DNA of 64,000 bases from the NCBI GenBank assembly GCA_030390025.1, contig CM059432.1:11222001-11286000 (forward strand), in the 5' to 3' direction. The notes under the pieces were generated by a model. That model made no database searches. It was not told the origin of the DNA and saw only the letters and a list, made by a program, of their open reading frames with translations. The stretch is from Squalus acanthias. Its lineage: Eukaryota. Below, one piece after another: positions 53,101-62,531 of this stretch. A program made the position numbers and the translations under genes. Position 1 is the stretch's first letter. The number at the start of each line of letters is the position of its first letter.

Positions 53101-54534
53101 TGCGGCGGAGATGATTGGCCTGCAAAAGCCACAACCATCATCCTTTTGTGCTAGGTCACTGGAGAGGTTTTCCCCCTGATTCCCATTGACTTCAGTTTTA
53201 CTAGGGCTCCTTGATGCCACACTCGGTCGAATGTTGCCTTGATATCAAGGACAGTCACTGTCGTCTCATCTCTGGAATTGAGTTCTTTAGTCCATGTTTG
53301 GACCAAGGCTGTAATGAGGTCTGGAGCCGAGTGGTCCTGGCGGAACCCAAACTGAGCATCAGTGAGCAGGTTATTGGTGAGTAAGTGATTCTTGCTTGCA
53401 CTGTTGACGACTCCTTGCATCACTTTGCTGATGATTGAGAGTAGGCTGATAGGATGGTAATTGGCCAGGTTGGATTTGTCCTGCTTTTGTGGACAGGTCA
53501 TACCTGGGCAATTTCCCAATTTGTCGGGTAGATGCCAGTGTTATAGCTGTGCTGTAACAGCTTGGCTAGAGGTGCAGCTAGCTCTGGAGCACAGGTCTTC
53601 AGTACTACAGCCGAGATGTTGTTGGGACCCGTAGCCTTTGCTGTGCCCAGTACAATCAGCCGTTTTTCATATTATGTGGAGTGAATCGAATTGGCTGAAG
53701 ACTGGCATCTGTGATGGTGGGGACCTCCGGAGGTGACCGAGAAGGGTCATCCACTCGGCACTTATGGTAGAAGGAGATTGTGAACATTTCAGCCATGTCT
53801 TTTGCACTTGTGTGCCGAGTTATGCTATCTTTGAGGATGGGGATTTTCATGGAGCCTCCTCCTCCCGTTACTTTCTTAATTATCCAACACCATTCACGAC
53901 TGGATGTGGCAGGACTGCAAAGCTTTGACCTGATCCGTTGATTGTCGGATCGCTTAGCTCTGTCTATAGCATGCTGCCTCTGCTGTTTGGCATTCATGTG
54001 TAGCTTCACCAGGTTGGCACCTCATTTTCAGGTACGCCAGATGCTGCTCCTGGCATGCTCTTCTACACCACTCATTGAATCAGGGTTGATCATCTGGCTT
54101 GATGGTGATCGTGGAGTGAGGGATATGATTTTGTCAGTATGACTGTCCGAATGTTGCTTGGCTAGTCTGTGGGACAGCTCTCCCAACTTTAGTACCCGTC
54201 CATATCTGTTAGTGCGGAGGACTTTGCAGGGTCTAATGGGCTGGATGTGCCTTTGTCATGTCCGAATTCAATGCCAAGGTCAGAGCCGAGTGGTGTGTCT
54301 TTTTTGTAGTGGTTTGATACAACTGAGAGACTTGCAAGGCCATTTCAGAGGGCAGTTAAGAGTTAACCACATTGGTGTGGGTCTAGAGTAACGTATAGAC
54401 CAGATCAGGTAAGAACGGCAGGTTTTCTTCCCTAAGGAACATTAGTGAAGTAGTTGGATTTCTATGACAATCCGACAGCTTCATGATCACTTTTATTTAG
54501 TTTTTGTTTTTAAAATTAATTCAAATTCACAAAC

Positions 54535-54622
54535 TGCCATGGTGGGATTTGAACTTGCGTTCTCTGGATTATTAGTGCAGGCCCCTGGATTACTCGTCCA
54601 GTAACATAACTACTATGCTACC
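54535..54622 (-). promoter_or_regulatory. tRNA-derived Pol III promoter-like head
   Basis: On the minus strand, box A-like TAGCATAGTAG (54620-54610) and box B GTTCAAATCC (54554-54545). Confidence 0.65.
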
Positions 54623-54762
54623 ATAAGAACATAAGAAGAAGGAATAGGCCATTTGGCCCTTAGAGCCTGCTCCACCATTCAGTTAGATCATGGCTGATCT
54701 TTGACCTCAACTCCATTTCCCGCACCATCCCCATATCCCTTGATTCCCTTAATATCCAAAAT
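54623..54762 (-). mobile_element. CR1 tail fragment
   Basis: ataagaacataagaag...gcctgctccaccattc. Confidence 0.8.
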
Positions 54763-54790
54763 TTTTTTTAAAAGTACCTGCAACCACTTC

Positions 54791-56546
54791 TGCCGTCAGC
54801 TTCCTGTGCCATCGATACCATTGGGGGAACAATAATGTCTGTTTATGAAAGTAAATTGGAGGGTGAGGACTTTTGTTGCTCGTATTGTTCACAAGAGACT
54901 TGAATTTGGTTCTGAGGAAACTAACATCAGAGCCTTTCTAACTTCTGTAGAGTTTCGCAATTATCGCGATTCAAATAATATGAGAGAAGCAGGTTCAATT
55001 GAACATTTTTATTGAACGGAATGCTGTCTTGATAATAAAGGGTACAGAAGCCTGTAAAATGGCCGCCACGCATCGTGGCAGAAGCTTCCAGAGACACAGT
55101 GGGTAGACAAGATGGCGTCGAGTATACATTCAGTATGAGATCATACCTGGTACAAATTGAAAAGGCAGGATGCAACCCGTTTGCATCCTGGACAATAGCA
55201 ATGATATAAGTGCTTGAATCGTTTCATACGCACAGTAAGAATCATTGAACTGGGCCAGCGAAAGCCCATCCAGACACATCAATACACAAATACCCCCCCG
55301 GCTCAACAATGAGAGAGACATTGGCGGGTGATTAAGCCAGTATTCAGGGGGTCCCAAAACCAGTTGAGGAGACGATTCATACACATCCTGGCTGGCTCAA
55401 CAATGAAGAAGGCATTAACGGATAGTTGGCCAGTTTCAGGTGATACCGAAACCCGTTAAGAAGATAATCGCCCCATGCTGGGAGTTTTGGGCGCCAAAAT
55501 CACACAAAGGACAACATTTAGATTTGAGCGGGAGATAAGGCCGACAAAACAGTATAACTATAGGGGACAGATGTCCATCGGTCTCTTGGCTCTTGACTCT
55601 TCGCTCTTTTTTTCTCTTGCGCTGGTTCCTTCGGCGGGGCTGTGCTAGTCGGTTATTCGAGTGTTGGGTGGAGTTCAATCGGAACGAGCTGCCTCGACAC
55701 GGCAGGCAGCAGGGTACACCATCCCGATCGTCGGTAAACGGTGTCCGGACCCAGAGGCCCGAGTGACGAGAAGAAAGACGAAAAGAAATTTCACGTGCCG
55801 CCACGGTCAGTAAACCCCGACCGCGCCCGAAGATAAAACGACAGAGTCCACCGGTTTTGAATTCTACAGACTACTTCATGATCCGGTCTGAATCCTACAG
55901 ACTACTTCATGACATCAGGGAGTCTGGCTTACCCTCCGGCTCTTTGAGCGGATAGCCTGAGCCATCCGCGACGAACTTTACCGGGGCCGTCTCAAGTGGA
56001 CCCATTCGCGGCAGCGAGAGTAAACAAGTCGGGTGCAGAAACCCTTACAGCCACGTGACAGTCAGGCGCTGCAGCGAAACGAGCCGAGAGCCTCATTTTA
56101 AATTTCCGAAGTGAGCCGAGTGGTGAGCATGTTTCCCGATCCTACAAATCCAGACGTAGTTTAGGTATATTAAAGGAGGGTGGTTTATAAGGTTAAGGTA
56201 TAATGTGTTCCCCCTTTTTCGATGTGTCGTGTGTTCCCCATTTCCATAGACCAAGTTTTATGAACGTGTGTATACTGGTACTCTCTTTGATCTGCGTCTA
56301 TGACATGTATTTCATGATTTTCGACGCCATGCAATAAAGACATTCATTTCGTGCTATTCAACCAGGTCTATTTGAGTCTTTTCTCTGCATTACTGCTCCT
56401 TGCATCTAAGTCCAGGTGTCAGAACCGTAAGGGCGAGTGGGTCGAACCACTCACAGGTGCTTATTGCAAAAGTCTGGCCGGAGACCAGAGCAAGCAATAG
56501 TATAGGCAACGAAAGCCTCACCTCGCACCAGTCCGTGACCCTTACA
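54791..56546 (+). mobile_element. 1,756-bp solo LTR of an endogenous retrovirus (spuma/foamy-like proportions)
   Basis: TG...CA termini; CTTC TSD at 54787-54790 and 56547-56550; TATA-like motifs at ~56165-56205; AATAAA at 56333; 31-bp tandem repeat at 55851-55912; visibly more CpG-rich than the flanks. Confidence 0.8.
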
Positions 56547-56876
56547 CTTCAGCGAAGTCTTTTTTGCCCACCTTGAGTTACTTCCGTTGAAAAATTATCT
56601 CTTAATTAATGTGCATGTGGCGCAGGACTTTTATGTAGGTAAAAATAGAAGTTGCATTTATACAGCACTTTATCATGTTCTCAGGATGTCCTAGCATTTT
56701 GCACTTGTTAAAGTGTAATCATTGGTGTTATGTTGTCAAAGACTAGGACGAAGTTAGTTTTCTTTGGTATAATTCACTGTGGTCTGTATTTGGAGAATTT
56801 TTACAGTATGAGATTTCTTGTAAGAAGGATCATTATAAGTAGGTGTCTTAATCCTGCTGGGTATTTTCCAGGTATT

Positions 56877-57620
56877 GGGCCGAAAATTGATCCCGGGACG
56901 CGAGAGTACGCACTGCATACTCTCGCGTATTCCCACTCCAATTGCCGGTTTTCTGCATGCCCTGCGCATGCGCTGAAAACCGGCAATTGCTCTTCCGAAA
57001 AGGGGGCGGGGCCTGGCTGCATCGCGTGCGCGCTACAGGCTGCGCGCACGCTGTGCACTTCATGCTTTGGACGCGCAGGTAAGTAGGGAAGATTTTGGAA
57101 ATGTAAAAAGGAGGAGTAAGACCCGCTTTTAAGAAGGTAAGTAGTGAATTAAGTATTTTTTTGAATTTTTTTTTACAGGTATATCTTTTTTAGAGACTTT
57201 AAAGACAGGTAAGTTTATTTTTATAACTTTTTAAAAGATTTTAAATTTTTTCAAAAATTTAATTTTTTATTTAAAATGGTTAATTTAATTAACTATACTT
57301 ATTTTATTAATGTGATGGTTTTTTTTTTAAATTTAATTGAGGTTTAGCTGTTATTTTGGGGGGGTGTAAGATTCATAAGTCTCACAGCCATGCTGTGAGA
57401 CTTATGAATGGAAGATGGTGTGCTGCCATTGGCTCTAACTGAGTCACGTGATCCCACAGCTCGCACGAATTAACTACGCCGCTGGGATACGCAAGCCCAG
57501 CACAGCTGATGTCTGGAACATCAATTTCGTGCGAGCTGGATCAGAAAAAGCATAAGCGAGGTGAGACATCGCGGGGAAGGCTTACCCCCGCGGGAACAGA
57601 GCGAGATCAATTTCTGGGCC
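56877..57620. mobile_element. Harbinger-type MITE, copy B
   Basis: TIRs gggccgaaaattgatc / gatcaatttctgggcc with ATT on both flanks (3-bp TSD); inverted homolog of 32687-33444. Confidence 0.8.
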
Positions 57621-58949
57621 ATTATTATTTGAAAGCAGGTCACTACTAACGGGCAAAGTTCACCGATTCTAAAGGATATAATTAAAAAGTTTTCAAGTAT
57701 ATTCTGTAGATGAAAACAAGTGGTTTAGTTTGTGCAATAATCAGTAATCGATTTAAAGTTGAAGAGAAAAGGATTTTAGCAGTGACTAAGCTTTACTGTG
57801 TCATTGTATGAACAATTTACAGCCCGCAGGTCACCATAAGGGAATTGCTGAGTGTCTAGTCTACATGATCTATGGCTCTTAGTGATCAACTGCTTGTATT
57901 ATACAATCTCCCAAAGAGTGCAGCAATCATTAGCCCTTGGTTATTGACTACCACCGCCTCCTCTTGTGAAACTGTCTCTGAAAATGTTGTATGGAGCATT
58001 CTGTACATCAATCATCAACATTGCAAGGCCTCTGTTGAATTGCTGCAAAGTTAGTTATATTTTTTAGGTGAATGATGATTTAAAACAGCTGTACATCTTG
58101 TGAGCATGCTACTATGGTATATTTTCATCAGACTTAATATTTTCCCTTTGTCTTATAAACTGAGTAGTGCCCTCTGGTAGTAAAATGAATGAGTTTCTCT
58201 AGAAAAGCAAGATACTTGATGCAAAAGTACAAAAATAATTTTTCAACGTTGCAATTTTTTTTGTTGAAATTGTGTTTCAATTATTAAACCAGTTCTGGAG
58301 CATCAGAAGATTGGACTATAGATGTTGCATGTATCATGCAGAAACAATTCTGGGTTTTCTGCTCCTCCTCCTTGATATCTCATGATCATTAATGTATTTG
58401 ATGAGAAGCCAAAATGCTTTGGACATTTATTTAAAAAGCAGCGATGATGGTGTGAGTCAGCATACTAGTAAGAAGAAGAGTGATTGTTTATTATACAGGG
58501 ACAGTGCCGTGACACATGGCACCAGAATTTCCTCGCTAAAATGTAAGATTCTTTACAATACAAAAAAAAATGACTCTGTAATAGATCAGGCATTTCCATG
58601 CTAACCACACATCTATTTCTCTCCTTTTGCAAAATTTACGTATTGTAAAATAACAAATAACATCTTTAGTTTAAAAAAAACTACAATAAATCTATAGCTG
58701 ATTTAATGACCGAAATAGATCCAAAAAGAAATTAAAATAGAAAAAACATTGTACTTGTGCCTTTGAATCAAGTACCTTCTTTTCCTGAGAATACTATTCA
58801 TTTTATTAGAAGCACATTATTCATTTTTCTTCAAAATTTGATCATCATGAAAAAGGCTTTACTTAAGTGTCATCTTTACAAGCCATATAAAGAGTGTTTA
58901 TTTAAACTTGTAGTTGGGATAAATAGAAGTTCACTCATATTTCTTTGTG

Positions 58950-59107
58950 TCATTCAAGGGGAGACTGGATAGGCACTTGAGGGAAATAAACTTGCAGGGC
59001 TACGGGGATAGAGCGGGGGAATGGGACTGACTGGATTGCTCTACAGAGAGCCGGCATGGACTCGATGGGCCGAATGGCCTCCTGTGCCGTTATGACTCTA
59101 TGATTCT
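58950..59107 (+). mobile_element. CR1 tail fragment
   Basis: ...gatgggccgaatggcctcctgtgccgttatgactctatgattct. Confidence 0.75.
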
Positions 59108-60079
59108 TAAGGCTATTATTTTGGGCTGCTTCATGTTCCTTCATATATATGGTCCTATGTGGTTCCTTCATGTTCTCTTTCTGCCACATATTTTCGGTGC
59201 AGTTTTTACATGTCCACGATGAGGAATATCATCACTGTAGGAGGTTTTAAATCTCACTTTGTTGCACTTTTGGGTGAACTGAAGAGTTGCTGACCCCCCA
59301 ATTATTTTCCATCTAGGTATGGAATGACATCTATACAGTGGAAAAATTTTCAATGTCAGAAAGGAATCGAGAAAAACAGATGCTGAGGGGAAGACATTGT
59401 ATGCACTGGGCACTTTGCAGATGCAGACCATGTCTTATAATAACAATAACTTGGATTGTCTCTGCTTCCCAGAGGCATGATCAGACACAAATGGGCGCCA
59501 ATATAAACAAGGGGATGTTAGGAGGGATGATCAAAAGCTCAGCTTCCTCCAAGTGATCAGCAATGAGTAGTATTGATTTGTTATATGGTCACATTGATTC
59601 ATCTGAAGTGAGGGATAGCTTGTGGAAATTTATGAAGAGCACCTGGATTATACCTGGTATCGCTTAATGCATATGCACAGAGGTTTTGTTTTCAGGCAGG
59701 TAGATTCAGAAGTTAATGTTAATCTATTCAATTATCTGTTTCCAATGTGGGAAAAGCCTTGGATAATTCCCCACTAAATAGAAGTTCATGAATTTAGTGT
59801 GGTCTATTACATATTAGCCATAGGGAAAGTCAAAAGCCACTCTACTTGTGCAGTGGGCCCCACGTAGAAACATTTCAATGTAGAAGCCTGGAGAAGTTTG
59901 CAGATTGCATTGAAGGATTGGTTCTTGATCTGACCGCTTAGGATGATAAATACTTCAGCTTTTTGTTCTTTAGAGTCTCGCCACCCATTCTCGTACTCCT
60001 TGGGTATTGAGAGTGCACAAGTGAGTAAGGGTATTCAATTTCTCACTAAGTGTGGTCTTTCCTGATTGGGAACATTCAC

Positions 60080-60412
60080 ATACAGAGCAAATAGGGAGAA
60101 ACTATTTCCTCTGGCAAGTGAGTTGGTAACCAGAGGTAATACATTTAAAATAATTGACAAAAGAACTAGAGGGCAAATGAGAAATTTTCTCACCGAGGGT
60201 TGTTAAAATCTGGAACGCACTGCATGAAAGGGTGGTGGATTCAGATTCCATCGGAACTTTCAAAAGGCAATTGGACATGTGCTTGAAGATTAATTTGCAA
60301 GGTTATGGGGAAAAGCTGGGATGTGGGACTAAATTGGATAGCTCCTTCAAAGAGCTGGCACAGGCACGACTGGCCAACTGGCCTCCTTCTGGGCTGTAAA
60401 ATTTTTTGATTC
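60080..60412 (+). mobile_element. CR1 3' fragment, degraded
   Basis: LFPLA...TRG...RVVKIWNAL motifs and tail. Confidence 0.75.
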
Positions 60413-61429
60413 TAAAGCTCCTTGCCATCTTGTTCCTTACCGCTCTCTCACTCACCTGGCACAAATTAAGGCGTCGCTTTGCCCGTATTATTTTCAGGGT
60501 CTCGCTGCTACTACTTTATGTACGAGGAAGTGAAGGAGTGATTCAGAATGAGGCCTTGGTTACAAAAGAGTGGGGAAAGATCACCTGAATAAAATGACAA
60601 ATGTGTGGCATGAGTAGCTTGAATGGACAGTTTTCCTGCATTCACTCCCACAGGTTAATAGTAATATCCTATTTGTATATGGAGGTTGAATTTATCTATT
60701 AAAGAAGGAGGGATATCGTTGTTTAATTTTTGGGCACCAAAAATATGGCTGGTTACATTTTTCAAATGATGGTTTACTAACCAAGACATTTTAGGTGGGA
60801 GCAGTTGGTCATTGTTTGAGAAATGAAGCTTCACAATTTGGCAACTATTGTATAAGCAGGGTTTCTATCATTGGCAATATACACATGCAGTACAAAGTGT
60901 ATGTAAACAAGCATTTGAGCTACCAGGAAAAGCTGGTATTCGCAATTATTTTGTGGCTCCTGTTTTGAATATTTCTGGGTATGTACTTACTGTGAATTTG
61001 AGAAATACATATTTGCTAATGAATTCTGTGTAATGCTGAATTTGTTTTTGTGAGATTCTGGTTACCTCAAACACAATCAGTCATGAACAGCATAGATCAA
61101 AAATGTAATAAGTAAATGGGTTACTTTTGAGCAAATAAAATTTCCTGTCGTCTGATCTGAAATTTGGATAGAAGTATGTAGCTAAAACTTGGTTCTATCA
61201 TTTAAATACTGTACAACAATTTCCCAAAGCTGCTTTGTGAAGTATGTTCATGTAATACTTTTTCCTGAAATTAAATGTAATCACTCATTTGTTCAAACTC
61301 TCATACAATTAGGATTTGGTATTATCCATCGGGGAAGAGCAGAAAATAATTTTGGGAGAACTGTCGTTTTAGGAAACTTAAACCTCTTCCCTGCAATTTT
61401 GGTCCGATGATCTTGCTCCATTCCATGTA

Positions 61430-61765
61430 CAGGAAACTTTTGTTTATCCGGCACCCAAATATCCGGAATTCTCGCTTAACCGGCAAAAATCATCCTCCGA
61501 AAACTCCTCTCAAATAACCGGCAATGTTGCCGATCCCGAGTCCAAGTCCGAGTCCGCGAACGCCGATTTAGTCAGTAGGGGTAGTTTTCAAAAGTGCCAC
61601 TACTCGGCCTCCTGGTGCTGTCGGAAGTATACTGCACATTTCTTGATTTATTTATTTTTCTTTGTTAAAAATAGCCTCGGTAGATATAACTCTCCGTTAT
61701 CCGGTACTTTCGATAAACCAGCACCACGCCGGTCCCGTCGGTGCCGGTTAATAAAGAGTTTCCTG
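61430..61765. mobile_element. 336-bp Tc1/mariner (pogo/Tigger-like) MITE
   Basis: TA on both flanks; 25-bp imperfect TIRs caggaaacttttgtttatccggcac / gtgccggttaataaagagtttcctg. Confidence 0.85.
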
Positions 61766-62531
61766 TAATAAGACCTTCTTCTGAACCACAGCTGTACTAC
61801 GTTTCCATTGTTGGCGACAGTCTTGACAGAAGACAAAGTGTACTTCAAAATTGTTTTGTTCTTTTCTACTTAAAAGCAATATGGTATTTTCTTCCAAGTC
61901 CCCTGGGAATTTTGTGAAACTTTAGAATAATTTTATTGAGTTCTTGATAATTTTTTGTTTTAGCATTAACACCATCCTCTGGCCAATATTTTTCACGCCC
62001 AAATATCAACCCACTGAGACATAACTCAGACAGATCAGTTTGTTCACTTTATCTTCAACTCCTGGTCAAGGCCAGTTTCACGTTCAGACCTAAGTTGAGT
62101 GTTGTGGAGCATTCCCACTGTCTAAACCATAAAATCTAGTTGTTTTCGTGTATGAAGTAAAAAAAAAAACCCAGTTTGCTTCAAACTCTGCAAAAGGGCT
62201 GTTTTGTGGTTAAGCCTTCTCACTGAATACTTGGGGTTTAGAACATTTCAGTGGATGCTATCCAACACAAGTCTCATCTTTAACAAATTAGGTTATTCAG
62301 AGAGCGTAGAAGACTACCATCTACTGATTAGTAGAAGGCATCAGTGAGATTCTGTATCGGGAGTCAAGGCTGAAGCTCTTGACAGTTTGTTGATTCCCTG
62401 GACTAAATGGTTCCTCTGTATTTTCCTTCAATTCTTTCTTGTTCACAGGTTCAGTCACAAGGTTCAAGCTGAGCAAACCACAGTGATGTTAAGAATTCTG
62501 ATCCATCATAATTTTCAGTTGCATTCTTTAC

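Larger units (their letters stand above)
46765..54622 (-). mobile_element. CR1-group LINE family A with tRNA-like head (46765-47401 and 52866-54622), host of nested insertions
   Basis: The two parts rejoin at gttgagttt|ctggtgaat; ORFs 53151..53519 and 53656..54009; leader homologous to 21228-21590. Confidence 0.88.

Noticed and set aside
54535..54622. Functional tRNA gene (also the SINE heads)
   Set aside because: Only A/B boxes are retained; there is no full cloverleaf and each head is attached to a retroelement body.
54785..56550. Alternative 6-bp TSD (CACTTC) for the large LTR
   Set aside because: It would remove the terminal CA; TG...CA with a 4-bp CTTC duplication is more parsimonious.
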